Positions 18,522-28,267 are shown, counted from the stretch's first letter. The stretch: 64,000 bases of DNA from Ktedonobacterales bacterium (GCA_036557285.1 DATBHW010000042.1:59412-123411); one strand, 5' to 3'. The notes: generated by a model not told the origin, from the letters alone. Numbers and translations are program-made.

Positions 18522-18635
18522 GTGTACCGCCGCCGTCTCGGCGGCCATTCGTACCGCCGAGCCTGCGCGGACGTTGCCTCTTGCAGCGCAACGTTCCGGC
18601 AACCCAACGACGGGCCGCCGAGACGGCGGCGGTAC
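18522..18635. repeat. 114-bp palindromic REP pair (MITE-like)
   Basis: GTACCGCCGCCGTCTCGGCGGCC ... GGCCGCCGAGACGGCGGCGGTAC, with a nested hairpin ACGTTGC-N10-GCAACGT. Confidence 0.8.
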
Positions 18636-18665
18636 GAGCTACAGCGACCATCCTTTTAGCATCGA

Positions 18666-21600
18666 TTACGGCGTGATGCGCACTTCCAGTGGGCCAGGGT
18701 TCCCCGCCTGCTCCTCCTTGAACATATTGCGCACCAGCACTGCCCAGTGCTGCGCAGGCACATCCTTCGCTCTCGCGCTGCCTGGCGCTGCATGCCCGTT
18801 GCCGTCTGCCATCTCCCCTGGCAGCAGCGTCGGGCCAATAGCAGCCAGCGGCACGCGCAGTTCGGTCTTTTCCGCGAAGTCCAGCGCAAAGCGTTTCACC
18901 TGGCCGCCGCCAACCACGCGCGCCAGCCCATCTGGCAGGCAGACGTGCGCCACCAGACACGGCTCGTAGCGCGGCACACGAATCACCAGATCGAGCGCGT
19001 CGCCCACCTTGAAGACCGGCGCGGGCCTGCCATCCTTCTCCAGCGAAACCTCCACGTTCAGCGCGCTCTGGAAGGTATTCCAGTCCTCCACCAGTTCCGC
19101 CGTCACCTCCACCGTCAGCACACCCTTCAGGCAGGCTACCGATTCCACTCGCTCGGTGGACTCGATGGCTTCCGCCAGCGTCATCTGCTTGCCATTCAGT
19201 TCCAGCGCGTCCGCGCTGCCGCCGGTCACGCCAATGCCCGCCTCGCGCAGACCAATCATCAGCGCCAGCATCGCTCCCGTATCAACGGTGCTATAGAGAA
19301 TGCCCGCTTCGTTAGTCTGGCTGGTCAGATAATTGGTCGCTTTGATGACCAGCGGCAGATCGCGTGGTTCGCCTCCCGCCAGCAACGCGGCAGCCGCATA
19401 AGCCGTCTCCTCGCGTGAGCCGACGGCAGCGCCATGCAGCAGATAGGACGGCTGATCGCGCGGCACACGGACAACTGTTTGCCCATCCTGCTCGCTCAAA
19501 CGGCTGCGAACATACTCAGCCGCCTGCGCCTTCTTGGCGGCGCTGGGGCTGCTTGCCAGAAGCAGATAGGCGTCGTGGCAGTCGTTCACCCGCTCCGGCG
19601 GATACGTGATTTTGTAGACTTTGGCGGCGTCGCTTGCCATGCGACGAATCTCATTGAGAGCTTCGGCCATCGCCTGGCTGATCCCGCTCAAATGCTCTGG
19701 CCTGGGCAAATTCAACTGATGCCGCGTCCCGCCCGGCGCGTAATGATGGTCTGGCCCCCTGCCGCCGCCTTCATTCGGGGGATACATCGTATAACCCCTT
19801 CCCGGCAGATACATGCTCTGAATGCGCTTGACATAGGCCAGCGACGAGCTTTCGTATTCGTCGCGCAGTTCAGGCGTATCCAGGTTGGCGACATAGCCCG
19901 CCACCATCGCCAGCAGCTTGACCGAACTCTGCTCGATGCAGCCATGCGGATACGCGCAGGCCCCCTGCACAAAGACCTGGAAGGGCCGCTCCAGCCCCGG
20001 CAGCACGCGCAGGCTTTGCGCGCCAGCCTCTGCTCTGGTCAGCGTCTCGCCCGCCGTCAGCAGGCGCGTGCGCTTCACGATAGAGCGTATCTGCCCCGGC
20101 GGCGTCACAAAGCGTTCGCTCACATCCGCCTCGCCCGTCACCGCATCCTTCACAATCGCCGTAAATGCCCCTGGCTGCGCGGGGAAGCGCACCACCGCGC
20201 CGCTCTTGACCTCTTCGCCTGGCGCAAGGCGGCGACCATCCACCCACAGCGGTACTGGCTCGCCATCGCGCTGCACCTCCACGCGCGCCCGGCCACTGGC
20301 CGCGCCAACATACAGCGTCCCCTGCGCCTGATCGCCAGGGGAGACGAACGGCGAAAGCGTCAGATCACCATAAACGGGTAGCTGCGCCTCAAGCTGCGCC
20401 TCCTCGCGCGCCCAATCCAGCCCGGCCAGCCCAAACGCCTCGATACTATACGTCGTCAGTGCGTCGCCCAGCTTCACCGCCACCTCAGCCTGCCCCTTGA
20501 CATACACGATGCTGTTGTGAATCACCTCTGGAAACTCGACGCGAATCGGCGTGAGTTCGGCCTTCGCGGCCTGGGCAGGCTCGGCAGCACTCTTCTCAGG
20601 ACTGATAGTAATAGCCCGCGCCATGACCTCGTAGGGCGCAGCCTGCGGAGCAGCCGCTACCATTGCCATAGCCCGGCCACCCATGCGACCCCATCCGCCC
20701 CTTCCCGCAGGCGCGGCGGGCGGCATGCCAGCAAATGTCATCATAGGAGGCGCGGGCGGCAGGGGCGGCTCGTAGCCAGCGGCGTAGAGACTGGCCCCTG
20801 GAGCGCCGATACCTAGCCTGCCACGCTCTGTTGTCAGCGCCGCCTTGATGCGCGCCGCCAGTTCCACCTGCGGGTCGCTTGGCGTGATCAACCGCTGATC
20901 TTTGATAATCACCTGCACCGGCACAACCTGATCAGGCCGGTTTGTGCGCAAGATGATTTTGACGCGCTCGCCCGGCTTCGCTTTGCTGGGCGCTCTCGTC
21001 TCCAGTTTCAGACCGCTGGGACGGAGAGCGGCGCACCAGCCTTCCCAGGCTTTGCCCTTCACAAACGCCCCCACCAGCAGCAGGCCATACGGCGCGGGTA
21101 CAGTGAGCGTCAGCCGCGCGCCCGACGCGATATTCGCCTGCGTCTTGATCTGGGCTGTCTCGCCTGTGGTGGGCGCAATCATCACCGCGCGCAGCAGATC
21201 AACCTGCTCGCGCGCCACCAGTTCCACCTCTTCGCCTATCACCTGGCTCACCAGAAAGGGCGACGTATTCATACCGCGCGGCGAAACGTACAGGCCCCGG
21301 CAGACCTCCGCGCCGGGCAAAGGCAGCAGACTCATCTCCTGCGCCTGCCCTAGTTCGCTGATCGTCAGCGTCTCGCGGCGCTCCTGCTCGGACCCCTTCA
21401 GAGCCACCGTCGCGGTGCGCTCGCCCGCGACCACATTGAGGGTATAGGGACCAGCCCCGGTCAGTTCAACCTTGCCGGAGCAGCGCCCCCGCGCATCGGT
21501 CATCAACTGCTGGCGTTTGCCCACGCGCTGCCCGCGCTCCTGAAGCTCAACCTCCACCGCGCCGCTGTACGGCTGCCCAAAGGCGCGCAGCAGCAACGTG

Positions 21601-22223
21601 TAACTGAGCGCGCTGCCCTCCAGCGTCTGCCCCACCAGATCAGCCGTCAACGGGGCTAGGCGATACTCAGCCACCTCAAAGCGGCATGATCCCGCCTCAG
21701 TCCCATCCAGGCTGGCCTCGTATTCGCCTTCTGGCAAGCCAGCAATAGAACGCAGGCAAACGCCATACTCGTCAAGAGCAATGGCATAGCTGGCGTAGTG
21801 ATTGCCGCTCAGCCGAAGGGTCAGCTTCAATTCCTGATTGGGGCGCTGCGGCGAGGCGATCAACAGGCGCACGGCATCTTTGCCCGCCCGATACAGCGCC
21901 TTGTCGCTGGTCAGCGAGATCAGGTCGGGGCAGATAAACGAACTGCCCGCGATTTGCGCGCCCGGCAGCGTCACCTCTTGCTCGCCAAGAAAGACTATCG
22001 CGCCGCCCCGCTTGAACTCATCAATCGTAGCCTGACTAAAACCCAATTGGTCAACGCCGCGCACTGCCTCCTCGATCCAGCCAGGCCGGAAAAAGGCGAA
22101 ACGCTTACCGACCATCACCAGATCGCCTACGCGCTGGGCCAGCCGCCAGCCATCCAGCGTCACACGCTTGTCGCGCAGCCCGGCGGATGGGGGGGTTCCC
22201 TCGTCTGTCGTCTCTGCCATCAT
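18666..22223 (-). CDS. Alpha-2-macroglobulin-family thioester-containing protein with no recognisable signal peptide
   Basis: 1185 aa. MG-domain hallmarks: DKALYRAGKDAVRL, FEVAEYRLAPL and RVEFPEV. Thioester box YPHGCIEQSSVKLL (CIEQ codons at 19929-19940; Cys at about residue 762). The C-terminal receptor-like domain carries CLPDGLARV. The N-terminus MMAETTDEGTPPSAGLRDKR is hydrophilic. Confidence 0.8.
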   Translation of the reverse strand: MMAETTDEGTPPSAGLRDKRVTLDGWRLAQRVGDLVMVGKRFAFFRPGWIEEAVRGVDQLGFSQATIDEFKRGGAIVFLGEQEVTLPGAQIAGSSFICPDLISLTSDKALYRAGKDAVRLLIASPQRPNQELKLTLRLSGNHYASYAIALDEYGVCLRSIAGLPEGEYEASLDGTEAGSCRFEVAEYRLAPLTADLVGQTLEGSALSYTLLLRAFGQPYSGAVEVELQERGQRVGKRQQLMTDARGRCSGKVELTGAGPYTLNVVAGERTATVALKGSEQERRETLTISELGQAQEMSLLPLPGAEVCRGLYVSPRGMNTSPFLVSQVIGEEVELVAREQVDLLRAVMIAPTTGETAQIKTQANIASGARLTLTVPAPYGLLLVGAFVKGKAWEGWCAALRPSGLKLETRAPSKAKPGERVKIILRTNRPDQVVPVQVIIKDQRLITPSDPQVELAARIKAALTTERGRLGIGAPGASLYAAGYEPPLPPAPPMMTFAGMPPAAPAGRGGWGRMGGRAMAMVAAAPQAAPYEVMARAITISPEKSAAEPAQAAKAELTPIRVEFPEVIHNSIVYVKGQAEVAVKLGDALTTYSIEAFGLAGLDWAREEAQLEAQLPVYGDLTLSPFVSPGDQAQGTLYVGAASGRARVEVQRDGEPVPLWVDGRRLAPGEEVKSGAVVRFPAQPGAFTAIVKDAVTGEADVSERFVTPPGQIRSIVKRTRLLTAGETLTRAEAGAQSLRVLPGLERPFQVFVQGACAYPHGCIEQSSVKLLAMVAGYVANLDTPELRDEYESSSLAYVKRIQSMYLPGRGYTMYPPNEGGGRGPDHHYAPGGTRHQLNLPRPEHLSGISQAMAEALNEIRRMASDAAKVYKITYPPERVNDCHDAYLLLASSPSAAKKAQAAEYVRSRLSEQDGQTVVRVPRDQPSYLLHGAAVGSREETAYAAAALLAGGEPRDLPLVIKATNYLTSQTNEAGILYSTVDTGAMLALMIGLREAGIGVTGGSADALELNGKQMTLAEAIESTERVESVACLKGVLTVEVTAELVEDWNTFQSALNVEVSLEKDGRPAPVFKVGDALDLVIRVPRYEPCLVAHVCLPDGLARVVGGGQVKRFALDFAEKTELRVPLAAIGPTLLPGEMADGNGHAAPGSARAKDVPAQHWAVLVRNMFKEEQAGNPGPLEVRITP

Positions 22224-22402
22224 ATCTCTCCGTTTCTCTCTCTATCTCCTGGAAGGACGACTGATTGCCACCTGTGATTCCCCAAACAACACCATGCCTA
22301 TCCAGTCTACCAGAGCAAAGCAAAGATAACAAACGAAGAAACGGAGATGCTATAATGGACTCAAGAACCACTTGCGCAGCTAGCCGAACCGAGGGAAACC
22401 CC

Positions 22403-23008
22403 ATGATGCAGCACGAGACCCTAACCCTGTGGGGCGAGGTCGTCACTGACGCCCCCTATCCAATGAGCTTTGAGGAATTCGAGCGCCTGCCAGATGATGG
22501 CTGGCATTATGAATTAGTGCGAGGGAGATTAATTCGTATGCCCCCACCAGGAGGTCAGCATGCTAAGATCGCAGCAAAATTGATGGCTGCACTGCTCACC
22601 TATGCAGAGCAATCGAACCTGGGGGACGTGCTGGGCGAGATGGGCTTTCGCCTGCAAATACCTGGTGAATCAAAGCCAATCGAACTAGAACCGGATATAT
22701 CCTTTGTGCGAACTGGACGTGCGCCAGCCCCGGATAGTCCAGAATACCCCAAAGCCTGGAGCCTGGCCCCTGACCTGACCGTAGAGATAGCTTCACCCGA
22801 TCAATACCGACCTGAGATGGCCGAGAAGGCCCGACAGTACCTGGCCGCTGGCGTGCGCATCGTCTGGGTTCTCTGGCCGAAGCGTCAGCAAGTGGATGTC
22901 TGGCGCGCTGGCTACGACATACCCATTGATACCCTGGCGCTGAACGAGGCGCTGGATGGGCTGGAAGTGTTGCCCGGCTTCTCTTACCCCCTCTCAAAGC
23001 TCTTTTAA
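22403..23008 (+). CDS. Uma2-family (DUF820) restriction-endonuclease-fold protein
   Basis: MSFEEFERLPDDGWHYELVRGRLIRMPPPGGQHAKI..EPDISFV..PDLTVEIASP..KARQYLAAGVRIVWVL. GAGGGA precedes the ATG at 22403. Confidence 0.8.
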   Translation: MMQHETLTLWGEVVTDAPYPMSFEEFERLPDDGWHYELVRGRLIRMPPPGGQHAKIAAKLMAALLTYAEQSNLGDVLGEMGFRLQIPGESKPIELEPDISFVRTGRAPAPDSPEYPKAWSLAPDLTVEIASPDQYRPEMAEKARQYLAAGVRIVWVLWPKRQQVDVWRAGYDIPIDTLALNEALDGLEVLPGFSYPLSKLF

Positions 23009-23052
23009 TAAAACAGCCCCCACTTTTGCCGAAGGAAAAGCCACACGTCATA

Positions 23053-23553
23053 TCACTCCGCATCTGCGAGCCAGACGTGAACGGCTAGAGCGTGGTCGTT
23101 ATAGTGTTCGTAGGTCTCGGAAGCGATAATCTGCTGAAGCGCCTCTCCATCCAGCCAGGCAAACTTCCTGGGGTCTTTGAGCGTCTCCTCGCTGAGCGCC
23201 TCAATCGCTTGCTTCACCTGGGCATACGTAGCGTGAAACGCGGCCCACACCTCGTTCAGCGGGCGCGCTTTCGCCGCTGCATAAAATTGCTCATCCCAAT
23301 ACCCCATCTCATCAGATACCGAATGATCATCCAGCGGCGCTGGCTCCGTCCCCTCAAGAGTCTCCCGCAGGAGCATCAAGAGATGCTTCTGCCAGACCGT
23401 AAGATGCGCCAGCAGGTCTTTGATGGACCACGCGCCGATAACCCCAGGGGTAGTCAGTTGCCACCCATCCAGCGGAGCCAGCAGATCGGCAAACGCTTTA
23501 TACTCAGTCTCTATCGTGTCGAGGATGGTCGTTTTGTCCAGCAGTGCTTCCAT
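23053..23553 (-). CDS. Four-helix-bundle protein, ClbS/DfsB-like or DinB-like
   Basis: 166 aa. WSIKDLLAHLTVWQKHLLMLL and ..ETYEHYNDHALAVHVWL resemble DUF1706/ClbS spacing. I cannot separate this from the DinB fold by eye. Confidence 0.55.
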   Translation of the reverse strand: MEALLDKTTILDTIETEYKAFADLLAPLDGWQLTTPGVIGAWSIKDLLAHLTVWQKHLLMLLRETLEGTEPAPLDDHSVSDEMGYWDEQFYAAAKARPLNEVWAAFHATYAQVKQAIEALSEETLKDPRKFAWLDGEALQQIIASETYEHYNDHALAVHVWLADAE

Positions 23554-23577
23554 TGACGCTACTCCCTGATGCTGAGG

Positions 23578-23606
23578 TTGACAGCTTCTCTCTAACCTGC
23601 TATGAT
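23578..23606 (+). promoter_or_regulatory. Near-consensus sigma-70 promoter of the CGNR gene
   Basis: TTGACA (23578-23583), 17-nt spacer, TATGAT (23601-23606). Confidence 0.55.
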
Positions 23607-23670
23607 GTTATTGATGGTTAGATTATAACAGAAAAAATCTAACCTGTCAATGGCTCTTTAGTGGTTAGAT
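23591..23670. promoter_or_regulatory. Array of four alternating GGTTAGAT / ATCTAACC half-sites (candidate operator)
   Basis: TCTAACC at 23591-23597, GGTTAGAT at 23616-23623, ATCTAACC at 23637-23644 and GGTTAGAT at 23663-23670. The array overlaps and follows the promoter. Confidence 0.45.
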
Positions 23671-23722
23671 ACATAAGGGAATCAATGCCACGTCAGAGCG
23701 GAGAACTACGCGGAGGAATATC

Positions 23723-24388
23723 ATGAGCGCATCAGAAACAGCAGAGGCGCATCTCGATCTTGTAGGAGGGCGGCTTTGCCTCGATTTCATCAACACCGCA
23801 GATTCGCACGCCAGCGATCACCCGGAAGAGCATCTGACCAGCTACGCCGAACTGGTCGCCTGGAGCCAGCGCACGAACATTCTCAGCGAAGAGGAAGGCC
23901 AGCTTCTGCTCGCTGAAGCAGCCCAGCGGCCCATTGATGCGCTCGCCATCCTTCAGGAAGCCGGAGTCTTCCGCGAGGTGCTGTTTCGCATCTTCCTGGC
24001 AGCCCTGGCGGGCAAGACGCCCGGCACAGATGATCTCGTCATCTTCAACAACACACGCGCTCAAGCCCTGTCGCGCTCAGAGATCGCGCCAACTGCCAGC
24101 GGCTTTGCCTGGCACTGGAAGGTCAGCAAGCAGACCTTGGGCTGGATGCTCTGGCCGGTGGCACTCTCGGCAGCAGAACTGCTCCTCTCGCCCGACCTGA
24201 AACAAGTGAGAGAATGCTCCAGCCCTGATTGCGGCTGGCTCTTTCTGGACACCAGCAAGAACCACACGCGCCGCTGGTGTACGATGGAAAGCTGTGGCAA
24301 CCGCGACAAGGCCCGCCGCCACTACCAGCGCAAACGCCAGAGCGTCCAGACACAGGCACGCAAGCCGCAGGTGAGCGACTACTCGTAA
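23723..24388 (+). CDS. CGNR zinc-finger (ABATE-domain) putative regulator
   Basis: LDLVGGRLCLDFINT N-terminal domain. C-terminal C..C..WLFLDTSKNHTRRWCTMESCGNRDKARRHY. Confidence 0.85.
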   Translation: MSASETAEAHLDLVGGRLCLDFINTADSHASDHPEEHLTSYAELVAWSQRTNILSEEEGQLLLAEAAQRPIDALAILQEAGVFREVLFRIFLAALAGKTPGTDDLVIFNNTRAQALSRSEIAPTASGFAWHWKVSKQTLGWMLWPVALSAAELLLSPDLKQVRECSSPDCGWLFLDTSKNHTRRWCTMESCGNRDKARRHYQRKRQSVQTQARKPQVSDYS

Positions 24389-24515
24389 CACTTGCCGTAA
24401 CGATCAGCAGACGCCAGAGCAGATAAGATGCACACATGGGAAAGCCCAATGGTACAATTACTATGAGGAGCGTATCCATAGCGCGTCTGTAAAAGAGGCG
24501 CGGGGATGAAGTGAG

Positions 24516-25463
24516 ATGAACATTGACCCCATTCGCCTGATTCGCTGGGTAACGGGTACAAATCTGCCCGACGATTTATCCCTCAGCGACACTGACCCCG
24601 ACCCTGGCATCATGGGGCCGGACTCTCTTACCTGGCGGCTTCATCAAGAGCAGTGGCTCATTCTGGGCGGCGCGCGCGCCTTTCTGATGCAGGCCGCGCA
24701 TCCCAAAGTAGCCCAGGGCGCGCTCGACCACAGCGCCTACGCCGAAGACCCCTTTGGCCGCGTCTACCGCACCGTCATGGCAATGAGCGTCTTCCTGGTC
24801 GGCACAACCCACGAAGTCAATACGACGGCGCGCTACATCAATCGCCTGCACGCGACAGTGACCGGCACAATCAACCAGGCCAGCGCCGGACGGCATCCGG
24901 TGGGCGAGCCGTACAGCGGCATGGACCCTGACGCGCTGCTCTGGGTGCAGGTGGTCTTCGTTGATAGCATGCTCAGCGCCTATCAATCCTTCGTCGGCCC
25001 GCTCTCTGAGGCCGAGCGCGAGCAATACTGGCAAGAATCCCTGCGCTATGCCCGGCGGCTGGGCCTCACCGATGCCATCCTGCCAGCCAGCTACACTGCT
25101 ATGCAAGCCTATCTGCGCGAAGCCATTGCTTCCGGCGAAGTGGCCGTCAGCCCTGGAGCGCGCACCGTTGCGCAGACCGTCCTCTATCCTCCGCTGCCCT
25201 GGTATCGCCGCCCGTTCTGGGGAGTCGTGCGCTTGATTACCGGCGGGCAACTACCGCCAGCACTCCGGCACGGCTATGGCATGCGCTGGAGTTGGACGCG
25301 CCAGATAGCATTTAAGCTGGTTTCTGGCGCGCTGCGCCTGATGCGCCGCCTCTTTCCCCGCTCGCTGGGCCGCTCCGTTTTGGTGAACTTCGCCCAACGG
25401 CGCGCGCGTGGTGAGTTAGTCAACGAGCAGACTAAAACACCCAGCAGCGTCGTTGGCGTATAA
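24516..25463 (+). CDS. MpaB/DUF2236-family oxygenase-like protein
   Basis: LTWRLHQEQWLILGGARAFLMQAAHPKVAQGALDHS..DPFGRVYRT..YINRLH. Confidence 0.7.
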   Translation: MNIDPIRLIRWVTGTNLPDDLSLSDTDPDPGIMGPDSLTWRLHQEQWLILGGARAFLMQAAHPKVAQGALDHSAYAEDPFGRVYRTVMAMSVFLVGTTHEVNTTARYINRLHATVTGTINQASAGRHPVGEPYSGMDPDALLWVQVVFVDSMLSAYQSFVGPLSEAEREQYWQESLRYARRLGLTDAILPASYTAMQAYLREAIASGEVAVSPGARTVAQTVLYPPLPWYRRPFWGVVRLITGGQLPPALRHGYGMRWSWTRQIAFKLVSGALRLMRRLFPRSLGRSVLVNFAQRRARGELVNEQTKTPSSVVGV

Positions 25464-25557
25464 ATCCGGTCTGGAAAGCTCTGTGAAGCCAGTTTTTTTA
25501 GCGGACTCTTGATGATATACTGCGGACGGCAATCATATATAAGAGGAGTCCACAGTA

Positions 25558-26112
25558 ATGAGTACCATAGAGTTCATTTCCAACTTTTTCCTAGCCGCCG
25601 TTCCTGGCGTCCTCATTGCCCTCTTCGTGCATCAACTGGAGGTCAGGCGCTATAATCAACTGGAGGAGCGGGCCAACCAGAACGCGCGCAAGTTGCTCTC
25701 CCTGGAGATCCAAAGCAACCGCGCCTCGCTTGCATCTTTCTGGCAGGAAATCAACGACCTCGACACAGAGAAAGCCGAGATCACTTCAGACGAACACCTG
25801 ACAGCTATAACCGAAGGCGGCTTTTTGACGTATCCACTGCCTCATTGGAACTTCACTCGCTGGCAGCCCGCGCAGCCTAGCTGGCTCGTGATCGTGAGTG
25901 AAAAAGAAGTCGAACTTGTTGATCGCATCTATCGCAATCTCGAACTCATCACAGACCTGCACACCCGCATGGTTACGCTCAGCCCGCAAGAGCAGGAGTT
26001 GATGGCGCATGATCGCTTCTGGGCCAGCCGCTATGCAAGCATGCGCAATCGTCTGTTTCCCAGACTAGTTGAGGTGGTCAATCAGACACTGGCCGCCCGG
26101 AACCCCCTATAG
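25558..26112 (+). CDS. Hypothetical membrane-anchored protein
   Basis: The N-terminal hydrophobic helix FISNFFLAAVPGVLIALFV is followed by a helical soluble region. GAGGAG precedes the ATG. No family recognised. Confidence 0.5.
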   Translation: MSTIEFISNFFLAAVPGVLIALFVHQLEVRRYNQLEERANQNARKLLSLEIQSNRASLASFWQEINDLDTEKAEITSDEHLTAITEGGFLTYPLPHWNFTRWQPAQPSWLVIVSEKEVELVDRIYRNLELITDLHTRMVTLSPQEQELMAHDRFWASRYASMRNRLFPRLVEVVNQTLAARNPL

Positions 26113-26155
26113 CGCAGCAATCGGTGGAGCAGCAGCATAAGACAGGAGCCAGCAC

Positions 26156-27022
26156 ATGAGCAACAACACCGAGGAGCAGATCACTCAGAATGTGCTAGAC
26201 AGCATGGCACACACGCCAAACCCCAGGCTGAAAGCCGTGATGACCAGCCTCATCACGCATCTCCACACTTTTATTCGTGAGGTGGAACCCACCCAGGAAG
26301 AATGGGCATTGGGCATCCAGTTCCTCACCAGAATCGGCCAGATGTGCGACGATAAGCGCCAGGAGTTTATTCTGCTCTCCGACACCACCGGTGTCACCAT
26401 GCTGGTAGACGCGATCAATCATCGCGTGGCCGATGGCGCGACAGAAAGCACCATCTTCGGCCCCTTCTATCGTGAAGGGGCGGCTGAGCTTCCACTGGGA
26501 GCCAACATCAGCCAGGATGAACGAGGCGAGCCTGCTGTTGTCACCGGACGTGTGCTTTCCACCGATGGCACGCCAATCCCCAACGCGCTGCTCGATATTT
26601 GGGAAACCAACGAGAACGGGCTGTATGAGCAGCAAGACCCCGAACAGCCCGACATGAATCTGCGCGGCAAGTTTCGCACCGATAGCGAAGGCCGCTTCTG
26701 CTTTGTAGCGATCAAGCCCGTCTCCTATCCCATTCCCGATGATGGTCCCGTTGGGCAGATGCTTCGCGCAGTGGGTCGGCATCCCTATCGGCCAGCGCAC
26801 ATTCACCTGCTCATTTCGGCGCAAGGCTTCGCGCCGGTCACAACGCACCTGTTTGTCAAAGGCGATCAGTACCTCGATTCGGATGCCGTCTTTGGGACCA
26901 AAGACTCGCTGGTCGTTGATTTTATTCGCCATGACTCGGCGGAAGAGGCCGCGCGCTATCACGTCAAAGCGCCTTTTTACACCGTCGAATATGATTTCGC
27001 CTTAAGACCGCTCCGCCAGTAG
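26156..27022 (+). CDS. Intradiol ring-cleavage dioxygenase (hydroxyquinol/catechol 1,2-dioxygenase)
   Basis: FGPFYREGA..LDIWETNENGLYEQQ..GRFCFVAIKPVSYPIP..GRHPYRPAHIHLLISAQGF. Confidence 0.85.
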   Translation: MSNNTEEQITQNVLDSMAHTPNPRLKAVMTSLITHLHTFIREVEPTQEEWALGIQFLTRIGQMCDDKRQEFILLSDTTGVTMLVDAINHRVADGATESTIFGPFYREGAAELPLGANISQDERGEPAVVTGRVLSTDGTPIPNALLDIWETNENGLYEQQDPEQPDMNLRGKFRTDSEGRFCFVAIKPVSYPIPDDGPVGQMLRAVGRHPYRPAHIHLLISAQGFAPVTTHLFVKGDQYLDSDAVFGTKDSLVVDFIRHDSAEEAARYHVKAPFYTVEYDFALRPLRQ

Positions 27023-27033
27023 CATCCGTCCGC

Positions 27034-27095
27034 GTGTACCGCCGCCGTCCCTGGCGGCGCCTGGCGGGGATGTGGCGCAGGCTGCGCCCGCCTTC
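27034..27095. repeat. REP unit plus adjacent hairpin
   Basis: GTGTACCGCCGCCGTCCCTGGCGGC, then GCGCAGgctGCGC. Confidence 0.7.
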
Positions 27096-27155
27096 CCATT
27101 GGCATCTTCCCCTTAATTTTTCTCATCGCTTGAATTAAAAATATGTATATAACCT

Positions 27156-27184
27156 TTGACAATCTCGCTTCGTACCAGTATTAT
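27156..27184 (+). promoter_or_regulatory. Near-consensus sigma-70 promoter
   Basis: TTGACA (27156-27161), 17-nt spacer, TATTAT (27179-27184), in an unusually AT-rich stretch. AAGGAGGG RBS lies before the ATG at 27260. Confidence 0.55.
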
Positions 27185-27259
27185 TACCGCAGCAATGAAA
27201 AGAAATGTAGAGAGTGATAGGTCCAGGAGAAGAGCAAAGCAGCCCAAGGAGGGCCAAAC

Positions 27260-28267
27260 ATGCAGCAACCGGCATTGACACCCCAACAAGAGGCGATCCG
27301 CGAGATACGCGCACGCTACGAGCAGGGCAATATCTCGTTCGACCATTTTGAATATGCTCTGAACGCCTTGATTCAGGCGCAAACCCCGGAGGAATGTCGG
27401 GGCATTGTTCAGGAATTATCCACATTAAAAAACACCGCTCTGGACGCGCTCACCCCTCCAACTGCGCCTGCGTCTGTGAGCATGCCGCGCCAGGTGCAGT
27501 TGATCACCGTCCTCGGAGAGTTAAAGCGCATGCGGCGTCCCTGGAAGATGGGGCAGCGCACCCGCGTGCTGATGGGCATCGGCTCGCTCAAGCTCGATCT
27601 CCGCATGGCAACCATCCCACCGCAAGCACTGCTGGAGGTCTATTCGCTGATTGGCGAAGCCAAAATCTATGTACCTCGCAACATCCATGTGACTGTGCGG
27701 CAGTTCATCTTGATTGGGGAGAATAAAGCCCTGGGCGAAGAACGCAATGGCATCTTTAGCATGCTCGAAGAAGAAGAGTTTCCGGCGGAAGGTCCAGACG
27801 CCGCCTCCGCGCCACATCTCACCATTCATCAGATGATGCTGATCGGCTCGGCTCAGATAATCCCCTCTGGCGGCCCAGGAACCTTGTTCAGCGGACTCGG
27901 CGCCAGGCTGAGCGGGCTGGGGGAAGACTTGCAGGGCATTGATCTGCGCGGGGCGAATCTGGAGGGCGCTGATCTCAGCGGCAAGAATCTGGAGGGCGCG
28001 AAACTGATTGGGGCCAACCTGCGCGGCGTTGATTTCCACGGAGCGAATCTGAGGAAGGCTAACCTGCTGGGGGCCAATCTGGAGGAAGCCAATCTCAGCG
28101 GGGCAGACCTGACCCAAGCGAAGCTGTTTGGGGTTAACCTGAACGGGGCAAACTTGACCGGGGCGAGCCTGGGTGGGGCTAATTTGCGCGGAACCAACCT
28201 GGAGGGCGCCATAGCATTCGGCGCGCAGAGCGCATCTGCTCCGCCTTCACTGCCGCAGCCGCGTTAA
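27260..28267 (+). CDS. Three-part fusion: DUF1707-like N-terminus, LiaF-C/DUF2154-like middle, pentapeptide-repeat C-terminus
   Basis: [27 protein letters not shown]; [28 protein letters not shown]; then about 20 A(N/D)L-type pentapeptides ([34 protein letters not shown]...). Confidence 0.8.
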   Translation: MQQPALTPQQEAIREIRARYEQGNISFDHFEYALNALIQAQTPEECRGIVQELSTLKNTALDALTPPTAPASVSMPRQVQLITVLGELKRMRRPWKMGQRTRVLMGIGSLKLDLRMATIPPQALLEVYSLIGEAKIYVPRNIHVTVRQFILIGENKALGEERNGIFSMLEEEEFPAEGPDAASAPHLTIHQMMLIGSAQIIPSGGPGTLFSGLGARLSGLGEDLQGIDLRGANLEGADLSGKNLEGAKLIGANLRGVDFHGANLRKANLLGANLEEANLSGADLTQAKLFGVNLNGANLTGASLGGANLRGTNLEGAIAFGAQSASAPPSLPQPR

